Positions 12,150 through 23,214 of a stretch of 64,000 nt of DNA are shown one piece after another. The first letter of the stretch is position 1; each line of letters begins with the position of its first letter. The stretch spans positions 12,338,001 to 12,402,000 of the forward strand of contig NC_073413.1 of the NCBI RefSeq assembly GCF_028641065.1, written 5' to 3'. The position numbers and the translations under genes were made by a program. The notes below the pieces were generated by a model. It ran no database searches. It had not been told where the DNA came from and worked only from the letters and a program-made list of their open reading frames with translations. Source of the stretch: Leucoraja erinacea (taxonomy: Eukaryota).

Positions 12150-12770
12150 CACCCCGACCAACATGCCCCATCTACACTAGACCATCTACACTGCCCACCC
12201 CGACCAACATGCCCCATCTACACTAGTCCCACACCCCGACCAACATGCCCATACCGACCAACATGCCCCATCTACACTAGTCCCACCGGCCCACCCCGAC
12301 CAACATGCCCCATCTACACTACACTAGCCCCACCTGCCCACACCGGGCAACATGCCCCATCTGCACTAGTCCCACCTGCCCACACCAACCAACATGCCCC
12401 ATCTACACTACACCTGCCCACCCCGACCAACATGCCCCATCTACACTAGTCCCACCTGCCCAGCCCGACCAACATGCCCCATCTACACTAGCCCCATCTA
12501 CACCTGCCCACCCCGACCAACATGCCCCATCTACACTAGCCCCACCTGCCCACCCCGACCAACATGCCCCATCTACACTAGCCCCACCTGCCCACCCCGA
12601 CCAACATGCCCCATCTACACTAGTCCCACCTGCCCAAGCCCGACCAACATGCCCCATCTACACTAGTCCCACATGCCCCATCTACACACTATGCCCCATC
12701 TACACTAGTCCGATACCCCAACCAACATGCCCCATCACACCTCTCCCACCTGCCCACCTAGACCCACATG
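12150..12770. repeat. ~42-bp tandem minisatellite within a CR1 3' tail (second array 40360-41240)
   Basis: Unit CCCCGACCAACATGCCCCATCTACACTAGTCCCACCTGCCCA; both arrays run into CCATATCCCTC.AAACC.GTCCTATCC LINE sequence. Confidence 0.85.
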
Positions 12771-13191
12771 CCCCTGTTTGCTCCATATCCCTCTAAACCT
12801 GTCCTATCCGTGTACCTGTCGAAATGTTTCTTAAATGTTACAATAGTCCCTGCATTAACTACCTCCTCTGGCAGCTCGTTCCATAAACCTATGTCCTCTG
12901 GTCCTCGATTCCCCTACTCTGAGCAAGAGACTCTGTGCCTCTACCCGATCTATTCCCCTCATGGTTCCGTATATCTTTATAAGATCACCCCCTCATCCTC
13001 CTGTGCTCCAAGGTATAAAACACTAGCCTGCTCCTCTTCCCCCGTCACATTTCTGATTGGCACCCCTTGGTCCCCCGACACCTCTGGCCGGGAGAGACGG
13101 GGGCAAACAGCACCAGCCTCCGTGTCTATCTACAGCTTGTCACTGAGCTTGTCTGTAGGTATATCGGACATATACGCCAGCTGGTACACAC

Positions 13192-13321
13192 CTGTCTGTG
13201 CGCTTGCCGTTGCGTTTGCAGAAGTAGACGACGAGGAGCCCGGCCAGAATTAACAGGATGAAGCCGCCAATCAGTCCGGCCACCAGTCCGGCCACATCAA
13301 ACCTATGGGCAGTGGGGCTTC
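13192..13321 (-). CDS. PRRG2: PRRG2 transmembrane exon
   Basis: 130 nt, phase 1-2: (G)SPTAHRFDVAGLVAGLIGGFILLILAGLLVVYFCKRNGKRTD; hydrophobic TM followed by basic stop-transfer residues. Confidence 0.9.
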
Positions 13322-13861
13322 CTGTGTGTGGGTGGACAAGAGGCCGCAGAGCCATGAGCTGTACCGCACCAAAACACACCCTTCCACCCAGCTGGCCCTC
13401 GACGACCAAGATGCCCCATCTACACCAGTCTGTAGAGCTGCTGCCTCACAGCGCCAGAGACCTGCGTTCAATCCTGACTATGGGTGCTGTATGTGTGGAG
13501 TTTGCACGTTCTCCCCGTGACCACGTGGGTTTTCTCCGGGTGCTCCGGTTTTCTCCAACACTCCAGAGATGTACAGGTTTGTAGGTTAATTAGCGTCAGT
13601 AAAATTGTAACTTATCCCCAATGTGTGTAGGAATAGTTAGTGTGCGGGGATCGCTGGTCGGCGCGGACTCGTTGGGCCGAAGGGCCTGTTTAAGATGCCA
13701 ATGGAGGACAAGGGCAAGAGTGGACGGGTTGGGCTGAACAGCCAGTTTCTGCCGTGAACATCCAATGTAATATCACAGTCTGTGACTGGAGGAGTCACAG
13801 CACGGCTACAACATGGGAGGGGAGCACGGAGTACAAACACCCCTTCACAACCAACACTTAC

Positions 13862-13901
13862 CTGGCTGCTGGCTCTGCTTGTACTTGTTCCAGAACGCCA
13901 G
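13862..13901 (-). CDS. PRRG2: PRRG2 aromatic-stack micro-exon
   Basis: 40 nt LAFWNKYKQSQQP(G); FWxxY aromatic stack of Gla proteins; TTGCAG acceptor and GTAAGT donor. Confidence 0.9.
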
Positions 13902-15017
13902 CTGCAAGAAAGGATAAGACACGGTGGCACTCAGAATAATAATGTCACTCAGGGTATCGCAAAACGGGTCAGGAACGCATCCAGGATCCACCTCACACCA
14001 AAGAACAATACTCTCTCTCTCCCTCCCCCTCCCTTTCCATCCTTCCCCCTCCGTGACACACTGGTCAACCTGAGGAGCACCTTCAGCAACAGACTGGTTC
14101 CACCAAGATGCAGCACAGAACGCCACAGGAGATCCTTCTTCCCTGTCGCTATCAATCTGTACAATTCCTCTCCCTTGTGTCGTGGGGTAGACTGAGGCTG
14201 ACTCTCCAACCCCCCCCCCACACACCGCCTCCCCAAACTTTGCACATCCCCAATCCTGAACGGGTGTCAAGGATTATGGGGAGAAGGCAGGAAAATGGGA
14301 TTAGGAGGCAGAGATCAGCCATGATTGAATGGCAGAGTGGACTCGATGGGCCGAATGGCCTAATTCGACTCCTATAACGTGAACTTGTGACTTTCCACTC
14401 TTAACTTTAATTTCACGTTTCATGTATCTTGGGTTTTGTGACTGCTGGCAGAAGAATTTCCCTCATGGGGTAAATAAAGCGATATCATATCGTAACTAGT
14501 GTTAACAGGTGATCGCTGGTCAGCGCAGACTCGCTGTTTCCACGCTGTATCTCCAAACTAAACACCGAAATCAAAATGCGAGCTGTGCTAGAATGCTGCC
14601 TGGATTNNNNNNNNNNNNNNNNNNNNNNNNNNNNNNNNNNNNNNNNNNNNNNNNNNNNNNNNNNNNNNNNNNNNNNNNNNNNNNNNNNNNNNNNNNNNNN
14701 NNNNNNNNNNNNNNNNNNNNNNNNNNNNNNNNNNNNNNNNNNNNNNNNNNNNNNNNNNNNNNNNNNNNNNNNNNNNNNNNNNNNNNNNNNNNNNNNNNNN
14801 NNNNNNNNNNNNNNNNNNNNNNNNNNNNNNNNNNNNNNNNNNNNNNNNNNNNNNNNNNNNNNNNNNNNNNNNNNNNNNNNNNNNNNNNNNNNNNNNNNNN
14901 NNNNNNNNNNNNNNNNNNNNNNNNCCAGTAACGTGGAGGTGGAGCAACCAGCCGCTAGTGTTGTTGTTGCTGCAAGGATGAAGCAGACCAGACTGTCGTC
15001 TCTGGGGCAATACTCAC

Positions 15018-15181
15018 CGCCTGCTCGTTGTTCTCGAACACCTCGTGTGCCTCCTCGAAGTTGCACACCTCCTCGTAACATTCACGCTCAATATCCCCCG
15101 GAGTGATGAACTCAAAATCCCAACTATTGTAGAGCAGCCTCCGGCCCAGGAAGAGTGCGGCTTCATTTTCATCCAGGAAAA
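15018..15181 (-). CDS. PRRG2: PRRG2 propeptide and Gla-domain exon
   Basis: (V)FLDENEAALFLGRRLLYNSWDFEFITPGDIERECYEEVCNFEEAHEVFENNEQA contains the vitamin K-dependent Gla signature ERECxEExC...EEA.E.FE. Confidence 0.95.
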
Positions 15182-16222
15182 CTAAACACGACCAGAAACC
15201 ATCAACCGGCCAGAGGTCAGAGGAGCAGAGATTACATTCTGTTTATTACAATTAGTCTACATATTCTGCTGTGCTGCAGACACAGACACAGACACAAAAT
15301 GCTGGAGTAACTCAGCGGGACAGGCAGCATCTCTGGAGAGGAGGCATGGGTGATGATTGCTTCTTTCCTGTGGCTATCAAACTGTACAACTCCACCCCCT
15401 TCTGTCGTGGGGTAGACTGACCCCTCCCCAATCTTTGTACATCCCCAAATATCACCCATTTCCTTCTCTCTGGAGATACTGCCTGTCCCGCTGAGTTACT
15501 CCAGCATTTTGTCTACCTTCGATTTAAACCAACACTTGCAGTTCTTTCCTACACGGGATAATAATCCACTAATTGTACAGATGTGTGTAGAGAGAGAAAA
15601 AGAGAAAAAGAGAGAGTGGGAAGTTTTATGTGCACCTCCCCTGCATGGTGTATGCGTGTGTGATGGAGTCAGTATCTGTGCATCAACCTGCATTTGATGC
15701 GGTGTGCAATAGTATCTGTGCATGCGGGGATAATTGTGTTTGTAAATAGTAATGTGTGCATTATTTGCAAATCACAAAGTGCTGGAAGAACTCAGCAGGT
15801 CAATCAGCTTGCCAAGCCACCATCCCTTCCCCAGCTTTCTCCCCCCCCCCCCCCCCCCCCGACGACCACAATCAGTCTCTCTGTACATTCTCCCCGTGTT
15901 TCCCCAGGTGCTCCATTTTCCTCCCTCACCCCAAAGACATACAGGTTTGTAGATTAATTAGCTTTGGTAAAAATATTGTAAATTATGTGTAAGATGGTGT
16001 TAATGCGGTAATCGCTGGTCGGCGCTGACTCGCTGAAGTGCCAGTTTCCGCGCAGTATCTCTAAATTCTAAAGTGTCCCGATCCAAAACGCTGACTGCCC
16101 ATTCCCTCCACAGATACTGCTTGACCAGCGAGTTGCTCCAGCACTTTGTGTTTTGCTGAGGATTGCAGCTGCTTGCGCCTCCAGAAAGCTTTAATTGGAA
16201 GCCGGTGAGATGGCACACTCAC

Positions 16223-16331
16223 CTTCCCCTGCGGCGTCTCCCCGCTGGGTCAGTGCCCGTGCGTCCGCACAGCGAGGACCGGCCAATGCCCACACCACGA
16301 GCAGGACGAACCCTAGGCTGCTGGGCACCAT
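16223..16331 (-). CDS. PRRG2: PRRG2 first coding exon (signal peptide); exon acceptor at 16376
   Basis: MVPSSLGFVLLVVWALAGPRCADARALTQRGDAAGE + G|GTGAGT; phase 1 joins the Gla exon. Confidence 0.85.
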
Positions 16332-16989
16332 GCTGGCGTCCGGTGCCACGAGGCTGACAGTGGAACAGACTTCCCCCTGTAGACAGACAACAAGAACCCA
16401 GTCACTCCCGGCCTGACACAACCCCACCTCCACCCCACCTCTCACCGCAGCAGCGCCTCACAGCGCCACAGACCCTGGTTCAATCCTGACTACGGGTGTT
16501 GTCAGTACGTTCTCACTGTGACTGCGTGGGTTTTCTCTGGGTGCTCTGGTTTCCTCCTCCCACACAGATTCAGATTCAGATTCAATTTTAATTGTCATTG
16601 TCAGTGTACAGTACAGAGACAACGAAATGCATTTAGCATCTCCCTGGAAGAGCGACATAGCAAACGATTTGAATAAATAATAATAAGTGTCCGGGGGGGG
16701 GGGGGGGGGGGTGATGGTGATTGGCAGTCACCGAGGTACGTTGTTGAGTAGAGTGGGGTTTCTCCGAAAGATGTGCAGGTCTGTAGGTTAATTTGCCCCT
16801 CATGAGTGGGGTGGAACTAGCGTATGGGGATCGTTGGTCAGCACGGACATTGTGGGCCAGAGGGCCTGTTTCCACACTGTACTTTTATATGTTCTAATGA
16901 CAGGCATAGCTGAGAGGATAAACTTAATCCATTTTTTAGGGCACCTTTGGTGAGCCCAGAATTATTTATTGTATTTTTGAATTTAGTAA

Positions 16990-17545
16990 TTCAGCGGGTC
17001 AGGCAGCATTTGTGGAGAACATGGATAGGTGACGTTTCACAGAGTGCTGGAGTAACTCAGCGGGTCAGGCAGCATCTGTGGAGAACATGGATAGGTGACG
17101 TTTCACAGCGTGCTGGAGTAACTCAGTGAGTCAGGCAGCATCTGTGGAGAACATGGATAGGTGACGTTTCACAGAGTGCTGGAGTAACTCAGCGGGTCAG
17201 GCAGCATCTGTGGAGAACATGGATAGGTGACGTTTCACAGAGTGCTGGAGTAACTCAGCGGGTCAGGCAGCATCTATGGAGAACATGGATAGGTGACGTT
17301 TCACAGAGTGCTGGAGTAACTCAGCGGGTCAGGCAGCATCTGTGGAGAACATGGATAGGTGACGTTTCACAGCGTGCTGGAGTAACTCAGTGAGTCAGGC
17401 AGCATCTGTGGAGAACATGGATAAGTGACGTTTCACAGAGTGCTGGAGTAACTCAGCGGGTCAGGCAGCATCTGTGGAGAACATGGATAGGTGACGTTTC
17501 ACAGAGTGCTGGAGTAACTCAGCGGGTCAGGCAGCATCTGTGGAG
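16990..17545. repeat. 66-bp Penelope-derived minisatellite (~8 units); further arrays at 6640-6755, 29458-29655, 34950-35450, 39240-39420, 42325-42430, 44880-45050, 45305-45770
   Basis: Same unit as 3337-3735, found in both orientations. Confidence 0.9.
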
Positions 17546-19950
17546 ATGCAACAGTGGCATTTAAGAGACTTTTGGATAGGCATATGGATATGCAGGGAAT
17601 GGAGGGATCACATGCAGGCAGACAAGACAGTGCTGACGTCATCTTTAGCACAGACATTATGGGCTGAAGGGACTATTCCTGTGCTGCTCTAAGAGCTGCT
17701 CAGGGAGGTAGTCGAGACAGGTACAATAACAATACATTTAACAGGTGTATGGATAGGAAGGGTTTTGTGGGATTTGGACAAATATGCAGCACGTTGGAGC
17801 AGCGGATACAGTTGCTGCCTCACAGCACCAGAGACCCGGGTTCCATCCTGACTACCGGTGCTGTCTGTATGGAGTTCGTAGGTTCTCCCCGTAACCTGTG
17901 TGGGTTTTCTCCTAGATCTATGGTTTCCTCCCACACTCCAAAGACGTACAGGTTTGTAGGTGAATTGGCTTGGTATGAATGTAAAATTGTCTCTAGTGTG
18001 TGTAGGATCGTGTTAATGTGCGGGGATCGCTGGTCGGCACGGACTTGGTGGGCCGAAGGGCCTGTTTCTGCACTGTATCTCTAAACTAAACTAAAACAGG
18101 GACTAGCTTGTTTGGGACATCCTGCTCTCCAGGCATGCGTGCAGGTTCGTTGTGTGAATTCCCTTCCCTCAGAGTGATATATACGCATCAAGTGGAATCT
18201 AATGCTGGGACCGCAACTTAAATTGAACTGCACCGCTGCTTCCTTCCTCACAGAGCTCTGCAACCAGGCATCACTCACTACTTTACTGCGAGACCCAAGA
18301 CTACAAATGATTTCAGTGCGAGTTCCCCTGAGTGCCACATCAAACAGCTGGTGACAGAAGGGACTGCCCCATCGGTACATTCACGCCCCTCCGGGTGCTC
18401 CGGTTTCCTCAAAAAACACATACAGGTTTGTAGGTTAATTGTCCCTGGTGTGTAGGATAGTGTTCATGTGCGGGGATCGCTGGTTGGCACAGACTCAGTC
18501 CGCGCTACACGAAACCTCACTAACATCCAATGCAAGCTCTCAACACTTAAACCAACCTGTGGACTCCAGAAGTCCGCACAAGGCGAGCATTTAATACATT
18601 GACAGGGACCCAAGTTTGAGAGGCTGGAAATAATGTGGCGTGGCTAATCAATAAACCAACAGGATGTGGAACTGCATCACAAAATAGAAGTCAGGAAAGC
18701 GTAACATCCACCCTGTTACACTCCTCTGCCAGGAACCACCTACTACTCACAGCCCAAACCCGCCAAGCTCAGGTTTATGCAGCATTTCCCATGACTTCAG
18801 TGTGGCCCATAGCCAAGTACTTTTGGCATCTAGTCCCTCTCGCCGAGTAGGGTAGGTGGCAAACCACAGCAAGATTCCACAGGTGTGTAAGAAAGAACTG
18901 CAGATGCAAGTAAAATCAAAGGTAGACACAAAATGCTGGAGGAACTGCCAGGTGAGGCAGCATTTATGGAAAGAAGGAATGGGTGATGTTTCAGGTCGAA
19001 ACCCTTCTTAAGACGAGGCAGTTGTCTGAAGAAGGGTCTCGACACAAAACGTCACCTATTCCTTCTATCCATAGATGCTGCCTCACCCGCTGAGTTCCTC
19101 CAGCATTTTGTGTCTACCCACAGGTGTATGTTGAGTGTCAGACATCAGCAGCAACTCACCTGCTCTTTGACTCGTGCTGGGAAGAGATGGGGCTGAGGAT
19201 TAAGGCCCCAAGTGAAGACGGCACTTCACCAACAAGGTGCTCGCTCGGCACGGCACTGTAGTGTCACTGCAGACTTTGTGCTCGAGTTTCTGGAGCGGAA
19301 CTTGAACAGAGTCAGGTGAACTGAAACTCACTGAGTCACTTATTAGTCATCAGGAAAGATTCAGGACGTAAAATAACCCTTCGTTGGCGAGACCAAAACT
19401 GCGTTCAACGCTTCAGATGTGGTCTTTGGTAATCTGGTTAAAAATGCTTTTCAAAGCCTGCGGTACTTGCAGCATTTGTGGAGTGAGGAAACACAGCACG
19501 GAAACAGGCCCTTCGGCCCACCGAGTCCATGTCCACCATCGATTACTGTACACACTAGTTATTTCCCACTTTCCCTCTCCACACACACACACACGAGGGG
19601 GCAATTTACTGAGGGCTGATTAACCTACAAACCTGTGCGTCTTTGGGATGTGGTAAGAAACCGGAGCACTCGGAGGAAACCCACGTGGTCACAGTGCAAC
19701 AAACCTCAGCCACAAAGTAGCCCTGGGATCTTTTGTAGCAGTGGAGAGCCACTCTCTTCTCCCCTCTCCCATCGGGCAAAGGGTATCGAAGTGTGAAAAC
19801 GCACACCTCCAGATTCAGGGACAGTTTCTTCCCGGCTGTTATCAGGCAACTGAACCATTTGACCAACAATGAGAGAGCAGTCCTGAACTACTATCTACCT
19901 CTTTGGTGACTGCAAATGATTGTAATCATGTATTGTCTTTCTGCTGATAT

Positions 19951-20626
19951 TGATGAAGCCAAATTTTAGTTAAAAATATAAGAAGATATTAAATTGGCTT
20001 CTGGGCTAGCTTACAGCTTGTATTTAGTGTCAAATTAGGCTTTCCTTAGGTTGCGGTGTGTGAGATAATAAATCCTATAACATTGTCTCCCAAGTGACAG
20101 GCAGAGAGGAGAAGCTAGAGAGATATCTTTGAAGTAAGATGCCATAAACCAAATGACCAATGTTTTTTGGGGGGAGGAGGCAATAAAGGAAGAGATAATA
20201 GCTAGTCACATCTTTGTAAACAAATGGTCTATGTTTATGAGGGACCAAGTGACAGAGGAAGCAGCGAAAAGATAAAATGACCTAAAGCAAATGGCCAATG
20301 TTTTTAGTATATCTTGTACCATGTAAACAAAAGGTTTGATGTGATGCATTCTGTGGAAACCTTTTCCTGTACCTCTGACCATGACTAATGTCTGTGGAAT
20401 GTGCTAAGGGGACAAAAAAACCCTATTTAAGGCAATGTAATTCTGTTGTTCGGGGAAGAGGACCGAGGACAGTTGAGTGTCTACATTGGTCACTTAGCTG
20501 GACTTCTCGCTCCCTTCCATCGGCCGATGTTAAGTAAAGTTTTGAACTGGTCTACCAAACAGTTTGTGTGGTGTCTGTTTATTAAGAAGCGAACCTGGTT
20601 TAGTAGTTATAAAAGTAACTTTTTCA
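19951..20626 (+). mobile_element. Solo LTR (676 bp) in PRRG2 intron 1
   Basis: Begins TGATGAAG, ends CTTTTTCA, flanked by 4-bp TSD ATAT; internal TATTTAA (~20424) and AGTAAA (~20533); interrupts an older LINE tail. Confidence 0.7.
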
Positions 20627-21359
20627 ATATGACACAAAAAGCTGGAGTAACTCAGCGGGTCAGGCAGCATCTCTGGAGAAAAGGAATAGGTGAAGTTTTG
20701 GGTTGAGACTCTTCTTTCCGCTGATTAGTTAGCACGCAACAAAAAATTTACATTGTACCTCTGTACACGTGACAATAAACCAAACTGAAACTGGGACTAG
20801 TCTCACCCAGCTGACAGGGAACACACCCTTAGGCCTGAGCCACAGGCTAGCGACGAGCCCAGGTAGTCAAACTTCCACCTACCTGGGGAACGTTTACTCT
20901 GTGACCCACAGTCAGCCCCCTTCTCCCCCCTCTCCCCAACCTACACACTGCTGTCTGCTTTAACACATGGCTGCAAACATTTGGGGGGGAAAGGAGCCCA
21001 AACTATCATTAAACTCCAAGCATAAGGCACAGCCTGCAACAGCCAGGGACCTGAATTTCCTCGTATGGCGGGCGGCAAAAGTCCTCCACTGTTCCGGGAC
21101 AATTTAACACAACAACTAGTGAAGGGTTTTCACAATGCTAGTGGGCATCAGTTAAAGTAATGTGGCCCCCATCAACAGTTCACTCATTTAACCCCTTCAC
21201 AACCCCACAAAGTCATAATCCACTGGGATCCCATGGATAAACAAACAATGCTCGGCAGGAAGGCAGTGGGCGGGAGAGGAGGGGGGAGCAGCTGGGCACT
21301 CCATGGCAACTCAAGGGCCGTGTTCGATGTGGCAATCACAGGGCTTGCTGTCTCTATCT

Positions 21360-21800
21360 CCTTCCCTCCCATTCCCTTCCTCTCCCTCCCTTCCCCTCTC
21401 TCCCTCCCATCCCCTCTCCTCCCCTCTCCCCCTCCCTACCCCCTCCCCTTCTCCTCTCCCCCCATCCCCATCTCCTCCCTCTCCCCCTCTCCCTTTCCCC
21501 CCTCTCTCTCCCTTCCCCTCTCTGCTCTCCCTCCCTTCCCCTCTCCCTCCCATCCCCATCTCCTCTCCCTTGCCCCTCTCTCTCCTCTCCCTTGGCCCCT
21601 CTCTCCTCTCCCTCCCTCCCCTCTCCTCCTCTCCCTTCCCCTCTCTCCCCTCCCATCCCCTTTCCTCTCCCTCCCTACCCCTCCCCTTCTCTCTCTCTGC
21701 TCCCCTGAAAATTCAGGTTCCTCTTCGTCTCCCCACCCCATTCCCTTTCCCCCCCCTTTATCTCTCCAGTTTCCCTGTGCCTCTTGCTTTTATCTCCATG
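21360..21800. repeat. CT-rich polypyrimidine tract (another, with N gaps, at 24960-25760)
   Basis: Nearly pure C/T low-complexity sequence. Confidence 0.9.
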
Positions 21801-21841
21801 TCTCTCCATCTCCGGCAGACAAGCCCGGACAACCCCACAAC

Positions 21842-22416
21842 CAAAGATCTTACGATCTTTGCCCACAACCTTTGTCAGATGAGTAGCGAACAAACAAACA
21901 GGGCTGTGGCTGTTGTGGGAAGATCACTACCTCCCTGAAGGAAGGCAGCCGGGCTCCAGCCGGTAGGTAGCAAAGATACTAGAGGAGCCTCTATAATCTT
22001 TGGTAGGTAGCGCGGTGTCGCAACTCACACACACACACATTGTTGCTCTCAATGCAAAACCTGAAATTCAGGTTTAACTCTGGAGTCGTCTCCTCGACAC
22101 CCCATCTCCGACCTATCTCCCCCCTCGTTATACGCGAAACTGCCAGTTTACATAGTATTTTTTTAACTCAGCATCCACTCAGTGGCGAAGGAGAACGGTA
22201 GCATTTGTTAGTCACATCAACGTGGAACTGATACAAGCCCAGAGTAACTCTCCCCAACTCACCGGCAGCGCAGGTTCCCGGCTCCTCGCTCCAGGTCGCT
22301 CTCTCCTCTCTTCTGTTCTCCTCTCCTCTGCTCTGCCGCTCGGGGAGGCTCAGGTGCAGGGGTGGGGATGGGAGGCAGCAAAGATCCTATAGCAAAGCTT
22401 TGCTATAAGATCTTTG
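21842..22416. mobile_element. Cluster of three ultra-short hAT-like MITEs (21842-21861, 21971-22002, 22379-22416)
   Basis: Each has CAAAGAT...ATCTTTG terminal inverted repeats and its own 8-bp TSD (CCCACAAC, GTAGGTAG, GGAGGCAG). Confidence 0.75.
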
Positions 22417-22520
22417 GGAGGCAGGGCCAGGGCACAGAGACAGAGAGAGAGCGGTGTACACACAGCGCCGCTTCTCAGCCTCGCCACCTACTAGTCGCCG
22501 TGTGTGTCCCGCCCGCCCGC
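22263..22520 (-). promoter_or_regulatory. PRRG2: Probable PRRG2 non-coding exon 1 and promoter
   Basis: CpG-containing patch with GC box (~22507-22520) and GCCG|GTGAGT donor at 22263; head-to-head with NOSIP as in mammals. 5' boundary uncertain. Confidence 0.5.
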
Positions 22521-23180
22521 GGGTGGAGTTACACAACACTCACAACTAAACAAACTTCTCACGAACTCCCCGCAGCCATTCACATCTCCCCTGATCAGTG
22601 GTTAAAATGCAAGCTGTCACTTACCCACCCCGCCCCTCAACTTGCAACACAGGGGGGAATTCGACCCATCGAGTCAATACTTTTTTTTTTTTGGCCTACA
22701 TTTTTTGTTTATGTAAAATGTAAATTATGTTGTGTCTGGGGTCTATTTGTGTGTAATGTATGGCTGCAGAAACGGCATTTCGTTTGGACCTCCAGGGGTC
22801 CAAATGACAATTAAATAGACTATTGACTATTGACTACTTGCTATCCTATCCATCCCTATCATAGAAACATAGAAATTAGGTGCAGGAGTAGGCCATTCGG
22901 CCCTTCGAGCCTGCACCGCCATTCAACATGATCATGGCTGATCATCCAACTCAGTATCCCGTACCTGCCTTCTCTCCATACCCTCTGATCCCCTTAGCCA
23001 CAAGGGCCACATTTAACTCCCTCTTAAATATAGCCAATGAACTGGCCTCGACTACCCTCTGCGGCAGAGATTTCCAGAGACTCACCACTCTGTGAAAAAA
23101 GTTCTTCACATCTCGGTTTTAAAGGATTTCCCCCTATCCATCCCATGGCATTGGAACACGGGTCGATGCAGGGAACTGCA

Positions 23181-23214
23181 GTCTGAAGAAGGGTCTAGAC
23201 CCGAAACGTCACCC
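23181..23214 (+). ncRNA. Minimal hammerhead-ribozyme-like motif in a Penelope-like terminal repeat
   Basis: CTGAAGA-A-GGGTC(TA)GACCC-GAAAC-GTC: hammerhead core boxes with helix II; helices I and III are minimal. Related copies at 2809-2838, 24360-24393, 23931-23963 (-), 51502-51535 (-). Confidence 0.5.
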
